In this document: one piece after another, positions 9,438 through 19,004 of the stretch
How the letters are laid out: each line of letters begins with the position of its first letter
Numbering within the stretch: the stretch's first letter is position 1
Virus record (IMG/VR): IMGVR_UViG_3300005323_000009
Location: 1 to 48,377 of that record
From: a virus
Taxonomy: Duplodnaviria; Caudoviricetes
Reading direction: 5' to 3' (one strand)
DNA: 48,377 bases
Notes under the pieces: model-generated
Seen by the model: only the letters and a program-made list of their open reading frames with translations
What the model was told of the DNA's origin: nothing
Database searches by the model: none
Program-made: the position numbers and the translations under genes

Positions 9438-10517
9438 ATGGCTCCTAAAACCCAATTTCTTACAAACGATGCCCTTACTCGAAAGAGATGGGCAAAAGAT
9501 CTTTTTGCTGTTATCCTCCCTGCAGTTGAATTCAACGATCTTGTTGGAACTGGAAGCGATTCCATTGTTCAGATTAAAACCGAACTCGGTAAGGGAGAAG
9601 GCGACAACATTACTTTTGGAATCCGCCTCCCTCTTACTGGCGAAGGTATCGTCGGTACCGATACCGTAGAAGGAAACGAGGAAAAGCTCGTTTTCAAGAA
9701 CTTCAACATGACTATTGAAGAGCTCAACCACGCTGTGGATACTGGCGGAAAGATGGAGGAACAGAGAATCCCTTGGGATCTTATGAATGAAGGGAAGAGT
9801 GGTCTTCAGGACTGGTGGGTCGAAAAGCTTTCCATGCTCGTTATTAATACTTTGGCAGGGAATTCTGCTTTCCGTATTGCAGGGAAGGTCTTTGGAAACT
9901 CGATTAATGAGCCCGATACAGACCATCATATGGCCATTAACCAAGCTGACTCTACTGCCGTTGCTACTGCAGAACTTGCCCTCGGTTCCGGCGATGTCAT
10001 GGACCTTACCTTCCTTGATCGCATGAAGCAGCGGGCAGAAATGCCTCTGAACGATTCTTTTAAGATTCGTCCGATAAAGCGAGGCGGAAAGAACTACTAC
10101 CGCATTATCCTGCACACCTTTGTCTTCGATGCTCTTCGGCAGAATACCAACACCGGCCAGTGGGGAGATATGCTTCTCCGGGCGAACAAACTCCAGATGC
10201 CCAACGTAGACTTCGAATACAACGGTCTTCTGGTTTCCCGCAGCGAACGCATTCCCAAAGTCCTCACCGTTGGTTCTGGCGGTATCTACCGCAATCTTCT
10301 CCTGGGCGCACAGAGCGCTTGTTGGGCCTGGGGCGGGGCTGGTGAATCCAAATCCTCTGTCATGTCCTTTGTTCCTTACGAGAAGGATGCTAAACGCTAC
10401 GTTATGATTCGTGGTGGTGGTATCTTTGGAGTAAAGAAAACCCAATTCACCCTTTCTGGAGCCACAAAGGACTATGGTTGTGTTGTCGGTTCCACCTACG
10501 GCGTCCGGCTGGTCTAA
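9438..10517 (+). CDS. Major capsid protein (N4-gp56/DUF4043-like)
   Basis: 'ELGKGEGDNITFGIRLPLTGEGIVG...EGNEEKL' and 'LLLGAQSACWAWG' motifs; synteny. Confidence 0.88.
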   Translation: MAPKTQFLTNDALTRKRWAKDLFAVILPAVEFNDLVGTGSDSIVQIKTELGKGEGDNITFGIRLPLTGEGIVGTDTVEGNEEKLVFKNFNMTIEELNHAVDTGGKMEEQRIPWDLMNEGKSGLQDWWVEKLSMLVINTLAGNSAFRIAGKVFGNSINEPDTDHHMAINQADSTAVATAELALGSGDVMDLTFLDRMKQRAEMPLNDSFKIRPIKRGGKNYYRIILHTFVFDALRQNTNTGQWGDMLLRANKLQMPNVDFEYNGLLVSRSERIPKVLTVGSGGIYRNLLLGAQSACWAWGGAGESKSSVMSFVPYEKDAKRYVMIRGGGIFGVKKTQFTLSGATKDYGCVVGSTYGVRLV

Positions 10518-10531
10518 TCTAGGAGGACCTG

Positions 10532-10912
10532 ATGGCTACTGACTTCTATAGCAACTACAGCTCTGATAATTTCAGAGTCGCAAGATCGAGGCTATTCGAT
10601 TCTCCTACTGCAGCTACCTATAACGCTATTCGCGTTCCTCGTTTTGCCTTGGTCCTTGGAGTTCACCTTAACATCATCACTGCGTTTGGCGCTGCTGGAA
10701 CGATCACTGTTGGTTATAGTAGTTACTCCGGCGGCTCCTCTGCTGATTTCTTCTTCGACACAGTTACTGCGGATGCTGAAGTAATTGGAAACAAATTTAG
10801 CGGGGTTGGCTTCCACGCCTATACTGACTCTGCCATCATCACCGTAACCACCGTAACCGGCGGAGCCGCTGGTGATTTCTTCATCTTCGTTCCCTATATT
10901 ATCATCCACTAG
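10532..10912 (+). CDS. Putative capsid decoration protein (distant paralogue of the next two)
   Basis: AGGAGG RBS; beta-rich 'VHLNIITAFGAAGTITVG' pattern shared with the following genes. Confidence 0.6.
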   Translation: MATDFYSNYSSDNFRVARSRLFDSPTAATYNAIRVPRFALVLGVHLNIITAFGAAGTITVGYSSYSGGSSADFFFDTVTADAEVIGNKFSGVGFHAYTDSAIITVTTVTGGAAGDFFIFVPYIIIH

Positions 10913-10920
10913 GGGAGAGT

Positions 10921-11436
10921 ATGGCCACTATAGTATGCACTGACTATCGTCGAACAGACACGCAGAGGACCAAGGCCGCTGTTCCCTATTGGCTCAAGAG
11001 TCAGACCGTTGTGGGCTCGGTAGTAGAGGACAGAGGAGCTCTTTGCTTTTCCTTCCCTCGGGTAAAGAACTACCTGATCCTGAATGTGTACTTTCAGGTT
11101 CTTGTAGCCTTTACAACTGGAACCGTTATCGATATTGGTTCTGGTACCATCGCCACTGATGCCGTAACCACAGATGGTAATATCACCATTGTAGATGCTG
11201 ATGAATACATCAAGCAAGGTGATATCACTATCGCAACTCCTGCACGCTACGGCTCAACAACCGGAAATACATCCGATTGGCTCACCGCAGCTATTGCAGG
11301 AAGTTGGGCTGCTCCGTTCCTTCTTACAGGAGCTGCAACCACCGTCCCTGTAGTTTATGCTACCATTGCCAACGCTGGCGATACCATCGTTGCTGGAACT
11401 GGCGTTGTTCACATGCGAATCCTTGAACTTCCCTAA
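10921..11436 (+). CDS. Putative capsid decoration protein, paralogue A
   Basis: Shares DEYIKQGDIT, YGSTTGNxSDWL and AGSWAAPFxxxGAATTVPVVYATI with 11448-11966. Confidence 0.65.
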   Translation: MATIVCTDYRRTDTQRTKAAVPYWLKSQTVVGSVVEDRGALCFSFPRVKNYLILNVYFQVLVAFTTGTVIDIGSGTIATDAVTTDGNITIVDADEYIKQGDITIATPARYGSTTGNTSDWLTAAIAGSWAAPFLLTGAATTVPVVYATIANAGDTIVAGTGVVHMRILELP

Positions 11437-11447
11437 AGGAGTTTTAA

Positions 11448-11966
11448 ATGGCCACAATCACTGCAATCGATTACCGCAGAAACGATCTTCGGAATCATGT
11501 CTGGCCGAATCCCTATTGGATCTCTTCCGGAGTTATCAACGGAATTGACTCCGAAGACAAAGGTGCTCTTCTTTTTTCTTTCCCTACTGTCAAGCATATC
11601 CTTGTTCAGATGGCTGTCTTCCAGGTAATCACTGCTTTCACTGTCAACACCTTAATTGATGTTGGTACGGGAACCATCGCTACTGACGACATTACCACAG
11701 GTGGTGATATCACCGTCGTAGACTTGGATGAATACATCAAACAAGGCGACATCACCGTCGGCACTGCCGGTTGGTACGGTTCCACAACCGGCAACGCCAG
11801 CGACTGGCTCGTTGCCATGATCGCTGGAAGCTGGGCAGCCCCGTTTAAAATTCTCGGCGCTGCAACCACTGTCCCCGTTGTCTATGCAACCATCTCGAAT
11901 GTTGGAACTATCGCAGCTGGAACGGGCCGTTTCCATATGCTCGTGTACGATGTTCCGGGATTCTAG
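11448..11966 (+). CDS. Putative capsid decoration protein, paralogue B
   Basis: Tandem paralogue of 10921-11436; AAGGAG RBS. Confidence 0.65.
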   Translation: MATITAIDYRRNDLRNHVWPNPYWISSGVINGIDSEDKGALLFSFPTVKHILVQMAVFQVITAFTVNTLIDVGTGTIATDDITTGGDITVVDLDEYIKQGDITVGTAGWYGSTTGNASDWLVAMIAGSWAAPFKILGAATTVPVVYATISNVGTIAAGTGRFHMLVYDVPGF

Positions 11967-11968
11967 AC

Positions 11969-11987
11969 AAATACACAATGTGCATTT
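11969..11987. repeat. 19-bp palindrome copy 4 (1 mismatch)
   Basis: AAATACACAATGTGCATTT. Confidence 0.9.
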
Positions 11988-12009
11988 GCCCTAAATGAAA
12001 GGACCTTCC

Positions 12010-12183
12010 ATGAAGTACGAAAGCCACGTACTACTCGGCATCCTTGGATGTATAATCCTGGCTTTCTCTGGAATCAGTTACTTCGTAACAGAATTCCGTG
12101 AAACGGCTAGGTTTCTCCTCGGGCAGTACGTGGCTGGAGTACTTACCTTCCTTGTTCCAAAGGGAAAGAAGGAATCTAAATGA
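12010..12183 (+). CDS. Small two-TM membrane protein (holin candidate)
   Basis: AAGGA RBS; two hydrophobic segments, basic C-terminus; ATGA overlap with the next gene. Confidence 0.55.
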   Translation: MKYESHVLLGILGCIILAFSGISYFVTEFRETARFLLGQYVAGVLTFLVPKGKKESK

Positions 12184-12824
12184 CCTTCGAAGAGATCCGA
12201 GATGAACTCAAGAATCTCGCACCAGAACCGAGTTTCTCGGATCTGGATTATAACAATGTTATTAACGATGTTCAAAGAGAGGTATGTGCAAAACTTCTCA
12301 TCCCAGAACTTAAGCGAATCACCACAGTTCAAACCGTTCTTTCAACGCAGTATGTTTCTCTTTCTGCTGTTTCAAGTGGTTTTTCCGGTCTTCTTCGAAG
12401 AGTTCGAAATGCGTCTAACTCAGACGAAGCAGTCACCATCTACAGGAACCTCGATGATCTTTTCGAGTTCTATGGAACTGCCTGGGGCGATTCTGGTACA
12501 GTTGAATCCGTTGCCCTAGAAGGTTCTACTCTCTGGTATGCTTATGTTCCAAATCCAGTTCAAACACTAACCATTCTCTATACTGCAAATCCAACGGCTC
12601 TTTCCGTAGATAGCGACATTCCTATCTTTCCTTCCTTCCTTCACCGCAAGCTTCTTGTAAATGGCTCCGCTCGCGTTATCTGGAACCTCATCGAAACAGA
12701 CATCGCAACAGAGAAGATCCAGACCAATGCAAACGAATATCACTTTGAAAAAGGTCTTCAGGAATACCGAGAGTTCCTTGGGAAAAACCGTCGGCATTCC
12801 ATCATCTCTTTCTGGGATGTCTAA
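12180..12824 (+). CDS. Head-tail adaptor protein
   Basis: 'MTFEEIRDELK...INDVQREVC' start and 'LWYAYVPNPVQTLTILY...IPIFP..LH..LVNG' pattern; synteny. Confidence 0.7.
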   Translation: MTFEEIRDELKNLAPEPSFSDLDYNNVINDVQREVCAKLLIPELKRITTVQTVLSTQYVSLSAVSSGFSGLLRRVRNASNSDEAVTIYRNLDDLFEFYGTAWGDSGTVESVALEGSTLWYAYVPNPVQTLTILYTANPTALSVDSDIPIFPSFLHRKLLVNGSARVIWNLIETDIATEKIQTNANEYHFEKGLQEYREFLGKNRRHSIISFWDV

Positions 12825-13750
12825 TGAAAAAGAATACCTTCAAAGACTTCATTGGAATGAATAACGCAGTTGACCCCACCGATCTTTTTTATGATCCGGA
12901 AAAGGGGACAACTGAACTTTCTTATGCTCTCAATGTAGATATCATTCAGCCGAATCGAATCATTCGAAGAAAGGGATTTAATCGACTTATCTCAACTGAG
13001 CTTCCGCATAGCCTCTTTTACTCTCCAGGTCTTCCATACGCTATCTTTGTTCAGGGAGAAAACTTAAATCTTCTTTACCCTAATAACCAGGTAGTGACCA
13101 TTGCATCAACGGATAGAAACAAGCGTCTAAGCTACGTTGAAGTAAATAAAACTGTTTTTCATTGTAATGGTACTAGGAATGGTGTTATTGTAGATGGCGA
13201 AGAACTTCAGTGGAGACGCCCAAATGGAAAAACAAGACCACCTAATTCACCTGGAGAGAGTTTTGCAACTTTTAGTGACCCTCCAGTTGGCACACGCCTT
13301 GATTTCTATAATGGTCGTGTGCTTGTAGCAGTAGATAACACAGTCTACGCTTCTGTTCTTTTTTTCTTCTCTTTCTTTAGCCTTCTTGATTCTCACTCCT
13401 TTGATGGAAGAATTCGTTTTCTTCGCTCTGTGGATAATGGAATCTATGTCGGAACAGCGCAGAAAGTCTACTTCTGCAAAGGAGATACATTTGATTCGCT
13501 TAAGCCGGTAGAGTTAGAAGAGAAGTTCAGTCACCCTGTAATCGGAACCGATCTTGTAATAGATGGTTCTGACTTTAGCCCAGAGGTAAATGGAAAAGCA
13601 ATCCTCTGGACTTCTCACAAAGGAATTTGTCTTGGTGATTCGAATGGGAATACTTCCATGTTGACAGAATATCGTTTTAAAATTCCCAAGGTAACACACG
13701 GTTCTGCTGGCTATTGGGATAACACCTATCATGTAACGCTGTTTTCCTAG
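12824..13750 (+). CDS. Tail nozzle/stabilisation-like protein
   Basis: 'F.GMNN.......ALNVDI....IIRRKG' N-terminus typical of podoviral nozzle proteins; beta-rich. Confidence 0.65.
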   Translation: MKKNTFKDFIGMNNAVDPTDLFYDPEKGTTELSYALNVDIIQPNRIIRRKGFNRLISTELPHSLFYSPGLPYAIFVQGENLNLLYPNNQVVTIASTDRNKRLSYVEVNKTVFHCNGTRNGVIVDGEELQWRRPNGKTRPPNSPGESFATFSDPPVGTRLDFYNGRVLVAVDNTVYASVLFFFSFFSLLDSHSFDGRIRFLRSVDNGIYVGTAQKVYFCKGDTFDSLKPVELEEKFSHPVIGTDLVIDGSDFSPEVNGKAILWTSHKGICLGDSNGNTSMLTEYRFKIPKVTHGSAGYWDNTYHVTLFS

Positions 13751-13762
13751 GAGATATAAATA

Positions 13763-14521
13763 ATGGCACTCTACTACAGCACCTGTCTTCGAAACTTCCT
13801 TGCTTCACGTCAGGGACGTGTAAAGGCTTTTTTCTCTGGAGCTACACTCGATTACTACGATAATGGAGGTAGTCCAGATACTATCACAGAGTCTGGCAAC
13901 GGCCTCATCACTGCTGGCTTTGCCCCAAACATGCTCATTACAACGAAGAATGCAACGACTGGTGGAAATAACATTACCAATGTTACCCTCACAGCTGTTG
14001 TTGCAGGAACGCTTTCCTTTGCTACTGGAACTCTTGCAGGAACAGAGGTCTTCCCTGCTGCCGGTTGTGTCATCGGCTGTTCTGGCGGTTCTCTCCGTGA
14101 TATCCTCATGGATGGAGTTATCAACATTTACAATGGTTCTATTCCTGCAAGTGCAGATGCTGCTACTGCTGGAAATATCGTTGCTACGATAACTCTTTCT
14201 TCAGCTGCCTGGGCTGCTGGTGCCTTTGCAAACGGCCTCGAACTCGGAGATGCGGTTGCTGGAGTCGTAAGTAAGGTATCTGGAGAAGTCTGGAGTGGTG
14301 CTGGCCTTATCAACCCATCTGGTTCTATGACTTATTTTCGTTGGGTTGCGAATGCTTCCGATCCTGGAACAGCAGATACAACTCCTTTCCTTTACCCACG
14401 TATTCAAGGAACCGTAGGTGTTGGAACATCCTACAATCTTAACGTCTCTTCCACCGCTCTAGCTCTCAGCGTAACACTCACAATCGACACTGCTTCATTT
14501 ACCTTTCCTGCGAGTGTTTAA
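13763..14521 (+). CDS. Virion structural protein
   Basis: AGGAG RBS; Gly/Ala/Thr-rich with 'INIYNGSIPASAD' and 'PRIQGTVG' motifs; in the tail module. Confidence 0.65.
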   Translation: MALYYSTCLRNFLASRQGRVKAFFSGATLDYYDNGGSPDTITESGNGLITAGFAPNMLITTKNATTGGNNITNVTLTAVVAGTLSFATGTLAGTEVFPAAGCVIGCSGGSLRDILMDGVINIYNGSIPASADAATAGNIVATITLSSAAWAAGAFANGLELGDAVAGVVSKVSGEVWSGAGLINPSGSMTYFRWVANASDPGTADTTPFLYPRIQGTVGVGTSYNLNVSSTALALSVTLTIDTASFTFPASV

Positions 14522-14528
14522 AAGGCAC

Positions 14529-14547
14529 AAATACACAATATGTATTT
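14529..14547. repeat. 19-bp palindrome copy 5 (1 mismatch)
   Basis: AAATACACAATATGTATTT. Confidence 0.9.
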
Positions 14548-14577
14548 GTTTCCTTTTCAACTTAAAAGGAGATAGAA

Positions 14578-15204
14578 ATGGCCGAAACGGGTTCCCTTCT
14601 CCTTTCCATTCCAGCTATCTCCTTTTCCATTGCTCCTGGTTGTTCTGCTGAACTTGCTTTTCTTAATACCTCTTTTACTGGAAATGGATTTTACGAGTCT
14701 TCTTTAAACGTTGTCTCAATAACCCTTTCTATGGGAGCTACAGTACATACACTTGGCTCCCTTTCTCTTTCTGGGATTGTTCCAGATCTTTCGATAGGTC
14801 CGCCAGAAACTGGTATTTTAGAAATCGACTTTCTTGAAGTTGACCTTCTTTGCTTTGGTGGAGCAAAGCCAAAGCCGGATCAATTCGTAATTGAACCTTT
14901 TCTTTTCATGACTGCATCTATGGAAGTTCGCGGGAATATGGCGCTTAACTTCCTTGATGTAGATTTTACACAGGATGGCATTAGTAATGCTGGTAGCCTT
15001 CTTGGAACATATAAAATAACATTCTCTAGCACTGGCATTGTTGGAGATACGAGTGTTTCTGGCTCTCTTGCTCTTGCGTGTATCCTCGGAGCAATGGAAG
15101 GAATGACTATAGGAGTCGAAAGCAACGATATCTTTTCCGGCCTCGAAGGAAGCATATCGAAAGGCTTCTCAGATTATAACCCTCGTTTCGTGAGGAATGT
15201 ATGA
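14578..15204 (+). CDS. Putative tail protein (Gly/Ser-rich beta repeats)
   Basis: AAGGAG RBS; position in the tail module. Confidence 0.55.
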   Translation: MAETGSLLLSIPAISFSIAPGCSAELAFLNTSFTGNGFYESSLNVVSITLSMGATVHTLGSLSLSGIVPDLSIGPPETGILEIDFLEVDLLCFGGAKPKPDQFVIEPFLFMTASMEVRGNMALNFLDVDFTQDGISNAGSLLGTYKITFSSTGIVGDTSVSGSLALACILGAMEGMTIGVESNDIFSGLEGSISKGFSDYNPRFVRNV

Positions 15205-15359
15205 ACCGTATGATTCAGTGTGACATATGCAAACAGTGGACTATTTTCCTTGAAAAAGAGAAGGCTTTCTGCCCTTCTTGCGGAATGCTTCTCGATCCAT
15301 TTAAGTGCTTTCAGATGATAGAACCCGACCTTCGAATGACTGGTCGTATAGGAGATTAA
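15201..15359 (+). CDS. 52-aa zinc-ribbon protein (not in the ORF track)
   Basis: ATGA overlap; MNRMIQCDICKQW...FCPSCGMLLDP...; CxxC-13-CxxC. Confidence 0.6.
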   Translation: MNRMIQCDICKQWTIFLEKEKAFCPSCGMLLDPFKCFQMIEPDLRMTGRIGD

Positions 15360-15363
15360 TCAA

Positions 15364-15825
15364 ATGAGCGAACTCACAGTAGTTTATCGAATGAAAAATA
15401 AAGCCATCTCTATGTATAACAACTTTGCATTTGTAAGCTTCTGTGAGTTCGCAGGGAAAGTCCTTGCGGCTGGAGTAGATGGAATCTACGAAGTAGATAC
15501 AGGTGACAATGATGAAGGGAAAGATATTCCTGCGGAAGTAGAATTTGTAACTGACTTTGGTAGTAGTTCGGCTAAGAAACTCAGACAAGTTGATATCTTT
15601 TGCGCTTCGGATGGTTACGTCCGTATTTCTACTTCCTTTGATGGAGACGTTACTGACATTAACCTGATGGCAAAACCATCTATGCTAACTGGAGTTCGAA
15701 AAGTTTCTCTTTATGGAAGTAAAAATTCAAAGGGAGATTTCTGTAAGATAAACTTTGGTAATACAGAAGGACAAGATTTTAGTCTTGACCGTATAGAGAC
15801 TACAGTCGTGGAGACAGGGAAATGA
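15364..15825 (+). CDS. Tail protein (nozzle C-terminal-like)
   Basis: AGGAG RBS; 'TDFGSSSAKKLRQVDI' pattern; synteny. Confidence 0.6.
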   Translation: MSELTVVYRMKNKAISMYNNFAFVSFCEFAGKVLAAGVDGIYEVDTGDNDEGKDIPAEVEFVTDFGSSSAKKLRQVDIFCASDGYVRISTSFDGDVTDINLMAKPSMLTGVRKVSLYGSKNSKGDFCKINFGNTEGQDFSLDRIETTVVETGK

Positions 15826-17237
15826 AATCTAATCGAATTCATAAGGACTTCTGGATTGAAACACCAGGGAAAGAAACGAAGTTATTTACAAAATTTATCT
15901 TAGAAGGTGATACAGATGTAGCTAGTTCCCACGAGCATGACGGAAAACTGTTTACTCAGAGAGCTCGGATGGATAATAGGCAAAACTCTCCTGTATTTCG
16001 AAAAGAAACTGTCTTAAAAGATGGAAGTCGTCTTATTTACCAAGACATCTATGGAAGCGAGACTGTTACAATAACAGGGCAATCGCAGAAAAAGGGAAAA
16101 AGAAGAAGCATAGTTAATCGACATAAATATCTTTTTCCTATTCCAGCTATAGTAGTTGGTAAACCAAATAGTTATAAAACACATGTCTGTATTCCAAGGT
16201 TTACTACTTGGGACAATATGCTTATTATTCTCGAACTAGCAGACATTGAACTAAAAGACACAGTTTATTACACTCATGCAAAAACGCATGGTTTAGATAT
16301 AAAGTTTAAAATCGAAAATCTTGACTTAATTAGTTTGTATGGTTCATATAAAAATGCTGGGGATAGTACACAGGTAAATGAAGAGTCTGTATCGGGTGAA
16401 AGTGGCGAATCACTCCTGTGTGGCTCAATTATATGTGGTGACTCTTATAATCCATGGAGTAGAGGCTATTGGAATTATTTTGGATCACATAATGGATATG
16501 CACAATTAAGAACTCCTAACGGAAGTATGCTGTTTAATAAATCATACTACTATTCGTCAAATCGTACTGGAAGTTCATATTTTATATATTGGTGTGAAAC
16601 ATATCAAGTAAATGGTCCAGTTACCTGAGGTAACGTACACACCTCTGGCTGGTCCAGCGAGGCAAGCGTTACTTCAGGAAGTTTTAGGGAAATTAAGCTC
16701 TGGAAAAGTCGTGAAACTGAGGATAAGAAACACAATATCACATTAGTAGCTGTTCAAGATTGGGTAATTGCAAGGTCGTCAGGTTTTTCATTAAATGTAG
16801 TTATTGACGGTGTGTCTACTTTTACTAGTTATAATCGAGATGAATCAATTTGTACATCTAATCTGTATCTTTGCATAGATGACGAAATGTTTACGTTGTT
16901 AGATACAGCTTCTGGTCCTACAGAAATACCAAATATTACTAAAGCAAATTTCTTTTACGCTCCTGATATGAACATTTATGATTACAATGACGAACCTGTC
17001 TATGTCTATAGCTATAATAATGCTGCTACCAGTACCAAAGAATACGGCATGGTATATAAAAATAAACTGCTTAGGTCCAGAAAATTTCCGATGGAAAATC
17101 CTGATGATCCAGCTAGGTGGATAACTTCAACTCATGTAGTTAACGAAAAAGCAGGTGATATGAAAAGTATTGGATATTGTGCTGCTTATGGGCTTACAAC
17201 TGTTCATGAAACCAGTAAAGAAATAGAGGAGAGTTAA
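15822..17237 (+). CDS. Tail-region protein with one in-frame UGA (codon 269, 16626-16628); 471 aa if read through, candidate selenoprotein
   Basis: ORFs 15822-16628 and 16812-17237 are in the same frame and the 61 intervening codons are open; SECIS-like hairpin at 16624-16678. Confidence 0.7.
16624..16678 (+). promoter_or_regulatory. Candidate bacterial SECIS / stop-readthrough hairpin
   Basis: 12-bp lower stem CCUGAGGUAACG/CGUUACUUCAGG containing the UGA, upper stem CCUC/GAGG, 5' U(G) bulge, GCUG/CAGC closing a GUC loop. Confidence 0.6.
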
Positions 17238-17238
17238 A

Positions 17239-18417
17239 ATGGGCACTGGTGGAACTGGAGATGCATACGAACCTGTCGTTGAAGGTCTTGCTGCTGGACT
17301 CGTCCAGGGACGATGGGATATCTCACAGGACTATGTTAAAGAAACCTATGAAAGAGCAACAGAAGCGTTTGAAAATCTTTTGGCATACGATTTTATTGCA
17401 GGAGGACTTGGAGAGTATCTTCAAACACATATACAAAATGCTCTTGCAAAAGTAACAATGCCTTATGAAAAACAAACAAATGTACTTAAAGAAGTTGAAC
17501 TTCCTGACGAACCAGATGACGTAACTATAAAAGATCAGAAAGTCACTGATCCTGACGTAACAACGTGGACTAACTGGGAATACGCATATACATCCGATCT
17601 ACTTACAGAGGTAAAAATAAAATTTCTTAATGCTCTCGAACAAGGTGGAACTGCTCTTTCTCCGGATATGGAAGAAGCTATATTTAATAGGACAAAGCAT
17701 AAGCTTGATGAATTGTTTGAAAAAGACGTTAATAATCTTAACGAGCAGATAGAAGCTGTTGGATGGAAGATTCCATCTGGGCACTATGAAGTTAGAGTAG
17801 ATAGGATAAATAGAGAGAAGCTTCGTGAACTTGCAAAGTTAGATTTTGAAATAGCTACAAACAATGCAACTTTAACACAAGAGAATATTCTTCGAACAAG
17901 AGATGCTGCTTCTACGTTATCAAACTATATCATGTCTCATGAGGTGGAGAAGGAAAAGAACTTTATTGAAACATTCACAGCAAAGATGGAAAGGGTTAAA
18001 ACAGTAATAGCAAAGGATTTAGGTATCGCACAGATAAATAGCGTCATCACAGAGAGTAGGATTAAGAAGTATCTTGCTCAAATAGAGCGAATAAAAGTAA
18101 TGTACGAGGCCATAAATAATGGCCTCGTCGCAGAAATAGAACAAGAGAAAGCAAAAGTAACTGCAGACTGGCAATACGCCAGTGCTCTTCTAGAAAGCGC
18201 ATCTACTCTTTTTGGAATTGAGAAGGAAGTTATTAGAGCTGTTGCTTCTGTCGCATCTCAGATAAGTGCAGCTGCCCTCGGTTCTATCTCCGCTTCTGGG
18301 CAAATTGGCTATAGTGAAAACAGAAGTGATTCAACCAGCGCAAATGCAAGTAGCGCGATTAGTGAACAAACTGGAACTAGCGTTTCCATTATCAATGAAT
18401 GGATTCATCAAGATTAA
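17239..18417 (+). CDS. Coiled-coil virion protein (tail or ejection protein)
   Basis: GAGGAG RBS; helical, Ala/Ser-rich C-terminus; synteny. Confidence 0.6.
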   Translation: MGTGGTGDAYEPVVEGLAAGLVQGRWDISQDYVKETYERATEAFENLLAYDFIAGGLGEYLQTHIQNALAKVTMPYEKQTNVLKEVELPDEPDDVTIKDQKVTDPDVTTWTNWEYAYTSDLLTEVKIKFLNALEQGGTALSPDMEEAIFNRTKHKLDELFEKDVNNLNEQIEAVGWKIPSGHYEVRVDRINREKLRELAKLDFEIATNNATLTQENILRTRDAASTLSNYIMSHEVEKEKNFIETFTAKMERVKTVIAKDLGIAQINSVITESRIKKYLAQIERIKVMYEAINNGLVAEIEQEKAKVTADWQYASALLESASTLFGIEKEVIRAVASVASQISAAALGSISASGQIGYSENRSDSTSANASSAISEQTGTSVSIINEWIHQD

Positions 18418-18428
18418 AGGAGTTTAAA

Positions 18429-18947
18429 ATGGCTTATAACGATCTTCCTATGGAAGCTAAACTCGCTATTGCTTTTGATAAGAAAGCACAGCGAGAGTAT
18501 ATTAGTTCTCAGGGTGCTATCGATGTAGCTAGAATAAACGCAGAGGCGGCTAACTACGGTGATGCTGAACGTACTGGGGCTAGTCGTTTTGGTTCTGCAC
18601 TTCAAGCAAGAACAGCTGCCTTTACTGCGCAGTATGGTGCTAGGTCAGATAAAGAACTTGCCCGGATAGCTGGAACGAATCGAATTGATGTTGCAAATAT
18701 CGAAGCACAGTCACGTAAGGACATTGCTAAGACAGAAGCAGATATGCGAAAGGAAGCCTCTATTTCTCAGGCTGACTTAACCAAAGCTGTTCAGAGCCTT
18801 TATCCTAAAAGTTCACAAGAGGGAACTGAACTCGCTACTCCTGTAACTCCTACAAGAAAAGCAGTTGCAAAAGCAAAGCAGTTACGGCAGCGAAAAAGAA
18901 TCATTAATCTCGATACTGCCGGTTCCATTCTTGCTCAACCGGGCTAA
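18429..18947 (+). CDS. Putative internal virion (ejection) protein
   Basis: AAGGAG RBS before ATG 18429; Ala-rich and helical. Confidence 0.55.
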   Translation: MAYNDLPMEAKLAIAFDKKAQREYISSQGAIDVARINAEAANYGDAERTGASRFGSALQARTAAFTAQYGARSDKELARIAGTNRIDVANIEAQSRKDIAKTEADMRKEASISQADLTKAVQSLYPKSSQEGTELATPVTPTRKAVAKAKQLRQRKRIINLDTAGSILAQPG

Positions 18948-18960
18948 CCCAGCAAAAGTC

Positions 18961-18987
18961 GAACAAATACACAATGTGTATTTGTTC
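18961..18987. repeat. Palindrome copy 6 (core 18965-18983, extended to 27 bp)
   Basis: GAACAAATACACA-A-TGTGTATTTGTTC. Confidence 0.95.
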
Positions 18988-19004
18988 TACCAAAAGGGGA
19001 ACAC

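Noticed and set aside
9366-10445. 359-aa antisense ORF opposite the capsid gene, and similar shadow ORFs
   Set aside because: It mirrors a well-supported gene, has no RBS or motifs, and is explained by codon bias.
16400-16700. Diversity-generating retroelement target explaining the stop codon
   Set aside because: No reverse transcriptase gene and no template/variable repeat pair were seen in the genome.
15822-17237. Genome-wide TGA reassignment (code 4 or 25)
   Set aside because: TGA ends many genes, often in ATGA overlaps (12183, 15204, 15825, 31044, 37081), and I found only one in-frame case.
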